DNA of 64,000 nt, from IMG/VR virus record IMGVR_UViG_3300025759_000090, positions 852 to 64,851 of that record; one strand, given 5' to 3'. The translations under genes were made by a program, and so were the position numbers. A model generated the notes under the pieces. That model worked only from the letters and a program-made list of their open reading frames with translations, had not been told where the DNA came from and did not search any database. Positions 1 through 9,055 of this stretch are shown here, piece by piece (the stretch's first letter is position 1; each line of letters opens with the position of its first letter). This DNA is from a virus (Duplodnaviria; Caudoviricetes).

Positions 1-1
1 T

Positions 2-304
2 AAAAGACTTTTAGAAAAGGAACAACATTCTTGGTCAGGTTTTAAGAACAATTCTCGGATTGCATTATTACCATTATACACGATATCAAACTATTCAGGA
101 AATATCATGTTTACTACACGGCCTGACCAAAATATTTCAGAAAATTATCCTCGATGGAACAAGAAATCTTTCACAGTAACAAATGACAGAATATCAGAAG
201 TTTTGTTGTCAATACATAATGGGAAAAAAATGGATATAAAAGATAGGATTAAGGTCTATGAAGAAACAGGTCATATTACAATTGATGTGAGCGAAGATGA
301 GTGA
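2..304 (+). CDS. hypothetical protein, 5'-truncated at window edge
   Basis: The frame of ORF 107..304 is open back to position 2; its stop overlaps the next ATG (297). Confidence 0.6.
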   Translation, partial: KRLLEKEQHSWSGFKNNSRIALLPLYTISNYSGNIMFTTRPDQNISENYPRWNKKSFTVTNDRISEVLLSIHNGKKMDIKDRIKVYEETGHITIDVSEDE

Positions 305-542
305 GAAAAAAGATAAGAAAATCAAAAATCTTCATATCAGAATCAAAGATTTAGAAAGACTACTTAGAAAGTCTAGGAAATCCGAGAGATTTTGGCGTAA
401 GAAATGCGAGTTGCTTGGTCAAGAGACTATTGACTTGAGTTTAGCCCTCAGATTCGCTGCAAATGACAAAATACAGCAAATTAGTCAGATGGGTAGAAGT
501 CAGAAAGGTGCTTGGGAAGTAGAAGGTGAAGAAAATGAGTGA
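297..542 (+). CDS. basic coiled-coil hypothetical protein
   Basis: 81-aa ORF overlapping both neighbours; K/R-rich helical sequence. Confidence 0.6.
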   Translation: MSEKKDKKIKNLHIRIKDLERLLRKSRKSERFWRKKCELLGQETIDLSLALRFAANDKIQQISQMGRSQKGAWEVEGEENE

Positions 543-771
543 TATTGAAGAGAATCAACTAGAAAGTTTCAGACGTCGAATGTTAGAACCGCCATTCGTA
601 TGTCCTGTTTGTGAAAAAAAACCTGCTTGTATTACAACAACTTTGACATCAACAACTTACGATGTTTCTAGTGGATGGATAGATGTTGCAGACCAAATTG
701 ATTGGAGAAGTTGTATGGATTGTTTTCGGGAAATGAAATCCGACAAAAACTCCGTGTTGAACTCAACATGA
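526..771 (+). CDS. small CxxC zinc-finger protein carrying an in-frame 19-aa segment copied from the tail protein
   Basis: CPVC...CMDC motifs; nt 641-697 are a permuted copy of 27896-27952. The start may be ATG 535 (GGTGA upstream). Confidence 0.65.
   Translation: MKKMSDIEENQLESFRRRMLEPPFVCPVCEKKPACITTTLTSTTYDVSSGWIDVADQIDWRSCMDCFREMKSDKNSVLNST
641..697 (+). repeat. 57-bp circularly permuted exact copy of 27896-27952
   Basis: 641-669 = 27924-27952 and 670-697 = 27896-27923, base for base. Confidence 0.95.
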
Positions 772-879
772 AAAACGCCATTTTTTGAAATATTGCTCAG
801 TTTATATAGTCTTGAGTTCATATGGTTAATCGGCTCGGAAACAGGCGGAATAAAAAACCCCAATACAATCCGAATATTC

Positions 880-1155
880 ATGGTCGAAGTATCTTATTTG
901 CTGGTCGAAGCAGAAGAGGGTCGAGAACTACATCTCGCAACAGATAATTTAGGGAATCGAAAAGTCGTTATGAGAATGCAGAATACAGGAATGGAAATTA
1001 CTTATTTCAAAGACTTGTTTTCTTCATTGGGATTCGATGTTTATTTTCAGAATGTCAGATTGTTGAATCCAACAGATGATGTCAAGAAATGGAATGTGGA
1101 TTACAATGCAGTTTCAGATTATAATGCTAGAAGAATTACATTAATGAATCCTTAA
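880..1155 (+). CDS. hypothetical protein
   Basis: ATG 880 within ORF 793..1155, preceded by an AAAAAACC promoter-like motif at the same spacing as at structural genes. Confidence 0.6.
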   Translation: MVEVSYLLVEAEEGRELHLATDNLGNRKVVMRMQNTGMEITYFKDLFSSLGFDVYFQNVRLLNPTDDVKKWNVDYNAVSDYNARRITLMNP

Positions 1156-1181
1156 TATAGGTGGGAGAATCAGTCATAGAT

Positions 1182-1268
1182 TACTCAACGCAATAATACC
1201 ACGTATTATGGGGGTAGGGGGCGTTGGGTAGGTTTGTGTTATTTCCTTTTTTCATCCCCCTACTCCCA
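1182..1268 (+). ncRNA. candidate structured ncRNA or cis-element (nested hairpin plus pseudoknot-like pairing)
   Basis: Starts exactly where the GGTGGG motif at 1160 predicts a transcript start. Stems: 1182-1191/1221-1230, 1193-1199/1203-1209 and 1209-1221/1256-1268. There is no ATG at the predicted start. Confidence 0.5.
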
Positions 1269-1311
1269 CCAATCATCTTAGACATTAACCAGCGTTTTCT
1301 CTTTCATATTT

Positions 1312-1683
1312 ATGAGCGAACAGCATGGTTCAGATTTGGTTCTTCAAGTGTTTGCATTCTTCACAGTAATTCTATTAACATCAGTTTCTATGATGCCCCC
1401 TTTACCAGCAAGAATAGTTCCGTTTTGGGAAGAAGATTCCTGTATGTGGTTTGATGGTGAAATCGTTTCTAAGCGAATCGAGAATGAAGGATTAATAACA
1501 GCCGATTATATTTTGGGGGTTGATGGAACTTTGGACAATTTTACAGACATACAAATGGAAGTGCATTCTGATGTTTTCGTCTATGAGATTTTACCAATTG
1601 GTGCATACTACAATGGAACTGTTTGTGATACCGTTCCTTTACGTCAGGCTGTAATAGATGGAGTCATTATATTCATCTCTTGA
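1312..1683 (+). CDS. membrane-anchored hypothetical protein
   Basis: N-terminal hydrophobic helix (LVLQVFAFFTVILLTSVSMM); promoter motif at 1283. Confidence 0.65.
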   Translation: MSEQHGSDLVLQVFAFFTVILLTSVSMMPPLPARIVPFWEEDSCMWFDGEIVSKRIENEGLITADYILGVDGTLDNFTDIQMEVHSDVFVYEILPIGAYYNGTVCDTVPLRQAVIDGVIIFIS

Positions 1684-1709
1684 TATAGGTGGGATTAACA
1701 GGTGTTGTT

Positions 1710-1853
1710 ATGGAAAAAGAATGGATATTCCCAGCGTCAATGAATCCACATGAGTTTGGTCGGAAAATGCAAATCATAGTTTTCGCAAATCCGAATGTCG
1801 AATTTGTATTCAAACGAATTGGCGGAAATGTCGTAGTGAAAGTTTTGGAATGA
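1710..1853 (+). CDS. small hypothetical protein (47 aa, MEKEWIFPASMNPHEFG...), not in ORF track
   Basis: ATG 22 nt after the GGTGGG motif at 1688; open to TGA 1851-1853. Confidence 0.6.
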   Translation: MEKEWIFPASMNPHEFGRKMQIIVFANPNVEFVFKRIGGNVVVKVLE

Positions 1854-2006
1854 GGATGCTGTTGATGTCAACATTCATTCTGATGTCAACAATCCCACCC
1901 TTCCAACTTTTTGACGATGTTTGGTCAGAAGCATATTCATTGTCAGAAATGTATTCATTAATATAGGTGGGATTTTCTAACGTAAATTACACAGGAGATG
2001 TGAACA

Positions 2007-2477
2007 ATGACTGAATATACGAAAGCCGAAATAAAAACGATGACGAAAGCAAGCATCATAAATGCATTTGATAAATACGGATGTACCTTTGACGAAAAGA
2101 CTGCGGGGGCAGTAAAATACACAGCAATATCTTTGAACGGTAGTTACCAAAGAATTGCTGCTATTTATGGTTCGCAAGGTGGTGGTGCATCAATATGGAT
2201 TAAGGAAGCAGCATGGGAACAAATTAGACCACAGGTTACAGAAGGAAACATCCGAGTAGATGATGTTGATTTAACCAAGCGTGGATTCCAATGGGCTATC
2301 CATTTTGACAATCCAAATGACCCACACATTCAGATGGTTGTAGATGCTGTTGTTGAAGTTGGAGAAATCAGATGGACTAGAGCCAAGAAAAGAAAAGCAG
2401 ATGACGCTCGCAGGGCAGAACAAAGAATACTTCGTGAAGCAGAAATGGCTGAGAGAAAAAGAAATCCATTTGCGTGA
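2007..2477 (+). CDS. hypothetical protein
   Basis: 156-aa ORF with AGGAGATG RBS and upstream GGTGGG promoter (1966). Confidence 0.7.
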   Translation: MTEYTKAEIKTMTKASIINAFDKYGCTFDEKTAGAVKYTAISLNGSYQRIAAIYGSQGGGASIWIKEAAWEQIRPQVTEGNIRVDDVDLTKRGFQWAIHFDNPNDPHIQMVVDAVVEVGEIRWTRAKKRKADDARRAEQRILREAEMAERKRNPFA

Positions 2478-2486
2478 GTGATTGGG

Positions 2487-2669
2487 ATGGAAATCCTAGA
2501 AATTTTAACAGAAAGTGGAAGGTCTTTTATTGACCAATCTAAGATTATCGCTATTACTATAATCGAAGGTAAATCTGCTGAAATTCATATGACATCAGGA
2601 ACAATTTTCACAACTAAGGAAATGGATGTTGTTCATAGAATAGATTTCCTAAAAAACCTAATCAGTTAA
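2487..2669 (+). CDS. small hypothetical protein
   Basis: GAGTGA RBS-like sequence before ATG 2487. Confidence 0.55.
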   Translation: MEILEILTESGRSFIDQSKIIAITIIEGKSAEIHMTSGTIFTTKEMDVVHRIDFLKNLIS

Positions 2670-2679
2670 GAGATAAATT

Positions 2680-2769
2680 ATGAGCGAAGAACTTGACCCA
2701 ATCGGATTAGCGATTGTGATTGTCTCTCAGATGTTTTGTCTGTTGGCAATTTTGTTCATTCTTTCTTGA
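2680..2769 (+). CDS. 29-aa single-TM peptide (MSEELDPIGLAIVIVSQMFCLLAILFILS)
   Basis: AAAAAACC motif at the canonical distance; hydrophobic helix. Confidence 0.45.
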   Translation: MSEELDPIGLAIVIVSQMFCLLAILFILS

Positions 2770-2930
2770 TTGCTGCAAGTATTGCATCTCGGAATATTAG
2801 GCTGCAACTCAATTCCGAATGCACTTGATACAGTATTATCGAGTTTTATTGAGAAAACGAAGTATTCATAACCGATAGCCAACGTGAGCGAAGCGAAAAA
2901 AGCGACCCGTAGGTCAAGGAAAATGATAAC

Positions 2931-5078
2931 ATGATAACAGAAAACACACTAAATGACCCAAAAAGTAGGATTAAGCCAGCAGAATTTGATTATGACTTAA
3001 CTCCGATTCAAAGATATAATCGAATAAGAATGAAATTACAATCAGAAGGACTTGTATTGAAACAAGAGAGATTTTCCGGTGAAGAACAACATCTTGCTTT
3101 GATTCAATGTGAGGACATAAGCCACATACCAATTGCATACAGCCCTCATGGTGGTCAAGTTCGTGCTTCGGTTGATGGTCGCAAACCTCTTTACAATATA
3201 CCCGTTGATTGGTGGGGCAAAAAAATTATTTTGAAATATTATGCAGGTGAAGATATGGTTGAATTAGTCATGAGTGGAGATAGACAATCATACAAAGTTC
3301 TCAAGCCGAGAAGTTGGAATGTTTCAGCCAAAGCCGAAGTTGGAATCTATGGAGAAGAAAACATGGGTAATGGATATGAAACAAGAAATCTGATTTGTGG
3401 ATTTGCAGATGGTTCTTCTCCTGAAACTATTCATATTCCATTGGATTATAGAAGTCGTGCTGGTTACATCGGGCAAAGATATGACTGTCTAAGAAAGTCT
3501 ATACTTGTTCAAAGAAAAACTGATTCAAATGGAGAATATTACTATGTTTGTGAGGATGGTATTTTGTTCCATTCTATTGCTGATACAAAAGTAGTTTCAG
3601 GTGGTCAATATGATGAACATCCATGCAGACAATCTAGCCTGAATAACATTTTACCAAAGCCAGCAACTTTCAACATAACAACAATATCTAGCACTAAGCC
3701 TTCTGTTACAAAAGTCAAGCGTGGAAGTGCCAAAGCACCATATCTAAAACAACTATCTGCAAATTGGGATAAATCCCTAAAGGGTGCTGTTCTAGTGTCT
3801 TGTCAATGCTGTAAAGGTAAAGGTAGAACTAGGGCTAGTATTTACAACAAAGCAAGTGTTTGTGAATGGTGCAATGGAACAGGTCTAAGTTTCATCTCAG
3901 AAAAACAATTTTCAACATTGCCTGATTCTAAAAAGAATTCAGTTGTTGAAACCGATGTTGAAACTCGTCATTCTCATCCTGAGATTGCAGCACTTCAAGA
4001 TGCTTTAGATATGGGTACAGTTCCAAACAGAAGTATTAGTTTCGCTGAATCTTTAGTTAGTCAATTCTTAGCGAACGGAAAACTATCTTCTTCTCAGATG
4101 TATTATGTCAAGGAACTAAATACGCCTCAAGCAAGTCGTGGTGGAAATCCAAAAATTGATGCTCTAAAGAAAGTCCATGAAAGTCTTACAGGTCGAGACA
4201 AAAACTTCGCAATTGATTTGATTGGTTCATGGAATAAATATGGCCGTCTTTCTGACAAGCAAATGTATTGGGTTGGGGAATTAACCAAGAAAGGAATTGC
4301 GACTTCTCCTGACGTTACTAAAGTGCAAGATGGATGGGATGCAGTTGTTGAACTATTCAATCAGTTTGAAGGTTCAGAAAACGGCAAACCTTTGAAACAC
4401 CCAATCATCACTTTAGTTGTTGAGTCCAACACCAAAGAAGCACCAGCACCATGCGTTCCAAAATACGGAACAAAAGGTGTTGAAACTTTCAATTCATTTC
4501 AAAGAGAATTAGTAATTCGCCCACTAAACTTCTTTGACAAAAGAACAGGAACATCCGAATCAGCAGAATTACAGTTTACAGAAGCAGAAAGAGCATCTTC
4601 TCAGGATAGCCGTAGATTCATCCAAAATGGTGCAACCCTAGCAAGAGGTAATGTAAACCGTTTCAACGGCACTATGACACCTTCTATGGGGCTTCCTGAC
4701 GATACTTGGATAGTTCTTCAATCCCTTCGTGCAGACCCAATCGCAACTATCCGTAGATTAGGTCGAAAAAGTGGTTACTGTTGTTTCTGCAACAAGCACC
4801 TTTCAACAGATGTTTCAATGACTCATGGATATGGTGCAACCTGTGCTAAGAATGCAGGTCTGCCTTATGGTAAAAAATCAGCAGCATTGATTGAGAAAGA
4901 AATAGAGAATGAAGTAAGCCGAGTTGTTATGCAATTAGAAGGCGGTTCATGGGCTGTTGTATGCCTAGAAACTAACTCAGTCATTATGACTTTCGACAAC
5001 AAAGACCAAGCAGAAAATTGGTTGGATGAAGATACCAAAGTTGCCTTCCAAAACAAAGCAGGGGAATTAGTAGAATGA
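2931..5078 (+). CDS. large multi-domain protein with CxxCxGxG zinc knuckles and a C-terminal DUF6011-like zinc domain
   Basis: CQCCKGKG, CEWCNGTG, two FA.(S/D)L......G.LS..Q repeats, and CCFCNKHLSTDVSMTHGYGATC. Confidence 0.7.
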   Translation: MITENTLNDPKSRIKPAEFDYDLTPIQRYNRIRMKLQSEGLVLKQERFSGEEQHLALIQCEDISHIPIAYSPHGGQVRASVDGRKPLYNIPVDWWGKKIILKYYAGEDMVELVMSGDRQSYKVLKPRSWNVSAKAEVGIYGEENMGNGYETRNLICGFADGSSPETIHIPLDYRSRAGYIGQRYDCLRKSILVQRKTDSNGEYYYVCEDGILFHSIADTKVVSGGQYDEHPCRQSSLNNILPKPATFNITTISSTKPSVTKVKRGSAKAPYLKQLSANWDKSLKGAVLVSCQCCKGKGRTRASIYNKASVCEWCNGTGLSFISEKQFSTLPDSKKNSVVETDVETRHSHPEIAALQDALDMGTVPNRSISFAESLVSQFLANGKLSSSQMYYVKELNTPQASRGGNPKIDALKKVHESLTGRDKNFAIDLIGSWNKYGRLSDKQMYWVGELTKKGIATSPDVTKVQDGWDAVVELFNQFEGSENGKPLKHPIITLVVESNTKEAPAPCVPKYGTKGVETFNSFQRELVIRPLNFFDKRTGTSESAELQFTEAERASSQDSRRFIQNGATLARGNVNRFNGTMTPSMGLPDDTWIVLQSLRADPIATIRRLGRKSGYCCFCNKHLSTDVSMTHGYGATCAKNAGLPYGKKSAALIEKEIENEVSRVVMQLEGGSWAVVCLETNSVIMTFDNKDQAENWLDEDTKVAFQNKAGELVE

Positions 5079-5293
5079 AAGTAACAAACTCACAAAGCGT
5101 ATGCGTGGATTGTGGTCTATCCTCTATCTCCATTGGGGATGACCAGCCACGCTGCCAATGTGAGTTCTGTATGCTATGCTCTAGGCCAATAAAATGGAAT
5201 GGAGAAAAGTGGATTCATGTGGAATCCAAAACAGCAGTTTGGGTTTGGTCAAATCCAACTGCAATAGTGAATTGTGTAGATGCTCAGGCTTGA
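5075..5293 (+). CDS. small Cys-rich protein
   Basis: Several CxxC motifs; start overlaps the upstream stop (ATGA). Confidence 0.55.
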   Translation: MKVTNSQSVCVDCGLSSISIGDDQPRCQCEFCMLCSRPIKWNGEKWIHVESKTAVWVWSNPTAIVNCVDAQA

Positions 5294-5391
5294 ATCCGTC
5301 ATCTACATTTTACAATTCACAAAAATATTTTCTCTGACATCTCAGATATACCTGTTGACATCAACAGTAATTAACCGTAATTTCTCCTTCG

Positions 5392-5682
5392 ATGATTATG
5401 GGAAACCGAGCGTTCAGTTTAGCAACAGGAAACAACTTAGTTTTTGCATCAACAACTAACCTACTTTCCATAGCAGGTAATACAACAGGTGGAACAGTAA
5501 CATTAGCACTTTACAATGGTAAAGTTGTAGGTGATATTGCAGCCGCAAATCTTGTTCATACTTTCACTTTGGCTGCTGGTGCAGTTACATATGGTTTTGA
5601 GGGTATTTTATTCCCTGCTGGAATTGTTGCAGTTTTGACTTTGAATGGTGGAACTGCTGATATTCTTTTGGAACACGATTGA
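5392..5682 (+). CDS. putative small structural / capsid-decoration protein
   Basis: G/A/T-rich beta-type sequence; structural-class promoter upstream (likely start 5398). Confidence 0.55.
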   Translation: MIMGNRAFSLATGNNLVFASTTNLLSIAGNTTGGTVTLALYNGKVVGDIAAANLVHTFTLAAGAVTYGFEGILFPAGIVAVLTLNGGTADILLEHD

Positions 5683-5959
5683 GATTCAATTTGCATAGTT
5701 CATATACTGTTGAGTTCAACATGGTCGAAAAAGCACTCAACATCTTTTTTTCAGATTTTTACAAATCTAAATATTCTGTATTTCTGACTATTTTTTTCTA
5801 AATTTGATTTATTCTGCAACCTGCTAGGGGTCAAAACCCTTATTTTCCGATATTTGCCTATTTAGAGCCAATCTGACGGCCTCTTTTGTGTTTTAGGACT
5901 CTACCTACCAGCGACCCCAAAAAACGGTCAGAAACGCTTCTATTGATATTTGTAAGATT

Positions 5960-7477
5960 TTAGTCTCCAAACACGCCAATTTGGGGCATTCCACTATCTT
6001 CATCGAATCCAATTGCTAGTCTTGCATACAATAAAGCATGAAATGCGTGGTCATCTCCATCTCTACCAAATTTAGTTTTATTTTGAGCATGAGTTGGTCG
6101 CATATTTTGTTCATCTTGTTCTGCTGATGAATTCAAAGAAGTCCATTCGTGTAAAACCCATTCCAAATCTGTTGTTTTGTATGGTAGAGAAATTTCTTTA
6201 TTTTTGATTGCTTCAATTGTTGATTCGATGTAAGTTGTTCTATCTACAACAGCCATGTAAATTAGGTTTCTATTGTTGTCTCTTTTCTTGTATTGAAATG
6301 GAGTCAATGGCCGACTAGAATAATAACACGATTTTACCATATCTCCGTACTCTCTTTGGAGTTCTTTTACCTGTCTTGCCCCATACCCTATATCGCATAC
6401 AACTTGTACGCAATTATAGCGTTCTATGAGATTCTTAATTTCTTCAACTTCATCGTTTTGATAGTCAGCCCTTGAATCTAATTTTAGAGCATTTACAATT
6501 TCACCATTTTTTCTCATAATCACAACTGTTGTTTGATTTCCCCAATCAACACCCATCACAGTTTCTTCCGGTGCATCTACAAATCTCAAAATCTTCCTGT
6601 TGGTGTCAACAGCCTTCAATGCTTCATCAAAAGTCAACGGTTTTGTCGAACCAGCGAAAAATTCTCCAAGAACTTCATTCGCATATCTTCTTGGAGTGTA
6701 AGTTGCTTTTTTCATTTTGATATCTTCATCAGTAATTTCAGGATGCATCTTTTGACTGATATGATATCCGATAATTCCTTCTTCTGAATTTCCATGAATC
6801 CATTCTTCTCCGTTCCATTCTCCTTTGGTAGTTTTCTCCCATAATTTCCAAAAGTCTGAACCCTGTTCTCTAGCAGTTCCACTAACAAGAACCCACTTGT
6901 ATTCTGATAGTGCTAACATCTCAACCAACATAGGTAAAACATCTGCACCCGAATCCTGATATTCGTCAATACATACCATGTCTGCTTCGATACCCAATAG
7001 ACCATGTGCATCACCCCAATTTGAGTAAGCATATAGGTGATTCAAAGACCTTGCACCAACATCAAAAGTTTGGTGGCTAACTGACTGTTTGATTCTTGGT
7101 TTCATCAGGCATCCACCATTGATAGATGACATCAAAGCACCATTGAATCTTTCATCAACAAATCTACTAACTTGTGGTTGTCTTGGTGCTGTGTAAACTG
7201 CATTGAAATATGGTATGTTCAGAAGGCCATACATTAGTAGATTACAGATGGTTTCAGTTTTCTCAACTTTTCTACTACATTTGAGAACAACCATTTTTGT
7301 TTTTGAAGATTTATTGCTTGGTTGAAAATGCCGATAGACATCTATCAAATATGGTCTTTCGTGAAGGCTAAATGGCTGACCATTTATTGTTCTAAAATAC
7401 TGACTCCATCTATCAGGATAAATTGCGATTTCTCTTGCTTGTGTTGCTGTTAATTTAGCAGTAATACTATCGCTCAC
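5960..7477 (-). CDS. terL: terminase large subunit
   Basis: Walker A variant KCSRKVEKTE, Walker B CIDEYQD, SGT coupling motif, nuclease GVDWG and DHAFHALLYA. Confidence 0.85.
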   Translation of the reverse strand: MSDSITAKLTATQAREIAIYPDRWSQYFRTINGQPFSLHERPYLIDVYRHFQPSNKSSKTKMVVLKCSRKVEKTETICNLLMYGLLNIPYFNAVYTAPRQPQVSRFVDERFNGALMSSINGGCLMKPRIKQSVSHQTFDVGARSLNHLYAYSNWGDAHGLLGIEADMVCIDEYQDSGADVLPMLVEMLALSEYKWVLVSGTAREQGSDFWKLWEKTTKGEWNGEEWIHGNSEEGIIGYHISQKMHPEITDEDIKMKKATYTPRRYANEVLGEFFAGSTKPLTFDEALKAVDTNRKILRFVDAPEETVMGVDWGNQTTVVIMRKNGEIVNALKLDSRADYQNDEVEEIKNLIERYNCVQVVCDIGYGARQVKELQREYGDMVKSCYYSSRPLTPFQYKKRDNNRNLIYMAVVDRTTYIESTIEAIKNKEISLPYKTTDLEWVLHEWTSLNSSAEQDEQNMRPTHAQNKTKFGRDGDDHAFHALLYARLAIGFDEDSGMPQIGVFGD

Positions 7478-7525
7478 GAATACTGCTGATATTTTGAGGG
7501 TCTATATGGTTTCGATTTTCAAAAT

Positions 7526-7556
7526 AAAAAAAGGGGATTGCCCGAAGGCAACCCCC
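7526..7556 (-). terminator. intrinsic terminator (GC stem, TTCG loop, T-run)
   Basis: The minus strand reads GGGGGTTGCC-TTCG-GGCAATCCCC-TTTTTTT. Confidence 0.8.
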
Positions 7557-7574
7557 TGATTTAGTTAGGTATTT

Positions 7575-7865
7575 TTATTTCCTGTGTTGACTCCAATCAT
7601 AAGGTGTTGGAGTGCAATTTTGTGTGCATATGCAAGCAGGTTCAGGCGAATGCCCGATTGTGAATATTCCACCACAAAACCATTCTTCGTATTGCATTCA
7701 AAGTACCCCCAAGATTGTCTGTATTACCCATTCTAAGAAACAAATGTGTCCGATTAACATTTGAAGATGAGAAGCAATGAATTCTCCATTCCTTAACATC
7801 TCCTTTCGGAGTGGTTTGTTCCATATCGCTCGTACTGCATTTCCCCACATTCTAAGTGTTGACAT
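7575..7865 (-). other. short minus-strand transcription unit; coding frame uncertain (55-aa and 40-aa ORFs in one frame, or the 68-aa ORF 7642..7848)
   Basis: Bounded by a TTGATATAGGGAA promoter (about 7882-7895, minus strand) and the terminator at 7526-7556. Confidence 0.4.
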
Positions 7866-8022
7866 GAGCCTTCGGGTGTGGTTTCCCTATATCAATGATT
7901 TCATATCTGACTATAATTTTAGACTAATTTAGAAGTATTCTTCAAAATCTATCAAAACTTACTCTTTCTGACGATACTCTAAAGAGCCTCGATAAAACAG
8001 ACTTTGAATTAAGGCGACTAGT

Positions 8023-8466
8023 ATGGCTAAAACTACTGCTTCAATTCAACCCCCAACACGCCCCAAAAAGCCAATTACATTCAATGATATTTTACTCATA
8101 GTTCTAGGTGTTCCACTAATCTTAGCATGGTTGTTTTTCGCCTGTTATGTTATCTATTCAGGAATCCAAGATGATACGGGTTTAATCCAAGACAATCTTG
8201 ATTTCTATGTTGCACTAATCGCAATTGTTGGTTCACCAGCATTGTTGTTTATGAATTCCGTTTTGGAATCATGGAAAAGTGAACAAGCAGCAGAACTTTC
8301 TGCTTTACCTTCCCGTCTTGAATCTGAAATGAAAAGTGCAGAAGCATTCCTTGCTCACGTCAAGGAAATGGAGAATGCTCATATCCAACATGAGATACAA
8401 CAAGCAGCCCTAAGACAAAAGCACGAATTAGACATGGATGAGTTCAATACAAAAAAGAAAAATTAA
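8023..8466 (+). CDS. two-TM membrane protein with coiled-coil tail (holin-like topology)
   Basis: Two hydrophobic helices followed by a charged helix. Confidence 0.65.
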   Translation: MAKTTASIQPPTRPKKPITFNDILLIVLGVPLILAWLFFACYVIYSGIQDDTGLIQDNLDFYVALIAIVGSPALLFMNSVLESWKSEQAAELSALPSRLESEMKSAEAFLAHVKEMENAHIQHEIQQAALRQKHELDMDEFNTKKKN

Positions 8467-8476
8467 GGTGAAGTAA

Positions 8477-8806
8477 ATGCAAATATATGGAGTAGATTTA
8501 GAATTATGGATTGCTGTTTTAGCAGCAGTTCTTGGACTGACAGTATGGGGATTGAAAAAGTATCAGAAAATTATGGCTGATGGTAAAGTAAGTCTTGACG
8601 AAGTAATTGAAACTTTAACAGAAAGTGAAAGTAAGATTGATGATGTTGTAGATGCAGTTGAAGATTTAACTGCTGCTATGGATGCTAAAAAGAAAGCAGA
8701 ATTAGTAGAACTGTGCAAAGAAAAAGGACTCCCAACATCAGGAACAAAAGCAGATTTGATATCACGCCTTTCTGAGTCTGTTGAAGCCAACACCGAAGAA
8801 GAGTGA
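8477..8806 (+). CDS. TM-anchored SAP-domain protein
   Basis: N-terminal TM helix; KKAELVELCKEKGLPTSGTKADLISRL fits the SAP consensus. Confidence 0.75.
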   Translation: MQIYGVDLELWIAVLAAVLGLTVWGLKKYQKIMADGKVSLDEVIETLTESESKIDDVVDAVEDLTAAMDAKKKAELVELCKEKGLPTSGTKADLISRLSESVEANTEEE

Positions 8807-8812
8807 TTTTAA

Positions 8813-9055
8813 ATGTCAGAAGAACTCGATTTTATCAAAGAATCTTTGATTCAAATTAGAGAAGATATGACAGTTTTGAAAGACAACCACCTTGCTCATG
8901 TCGAAAAAGATATGAATAAATTAAAAACTGATGTCGCTGTAATCAAAACTAGATTATCTCCGATTGAAAAGTTTGTCGAAATGTGGACTCAAAAGATGGC
9001 TTTAATTTTCTTCGCTGCTGTCTCAGCAAGCGTTGGAATACCAATGGTTCTTTGA
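8813..9055 (+). CDS. coiled-coil protein with C-terminal TM helix (XhlA-like topology)
   Basis: Heptad-like N-terminus and hydrophobic C-terminus. Confidence 0.6.
   Translation: MSEELDFIKESLIQIREDMTVLKDNHLAHVEKDMNKLKTDVAVIKTRLSPIEKFVEMWTQKMALIFFAAVSASVGIPMVL

Noticed and set aside
641-697. DGR template/variable repeat pair with 27896-27952
   Set aside because: There are no adenine-specific mismatches, the order is permuted, and no reverse transcriptase is in the window.
1224-1454. 76-aa ORF starting at TTG 1224
   Set aside because: It overlaps the better-supported 1312 ORF and runs through the structured element.
5192-5219. WNGExWIH shared by the small Cys-rich ORF and the terminase (about 6793-6820, minus strand)
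   Set aside because: The match is short and has several mismatches; chance or a common W-x-G-x-W turn cannot be excluded.
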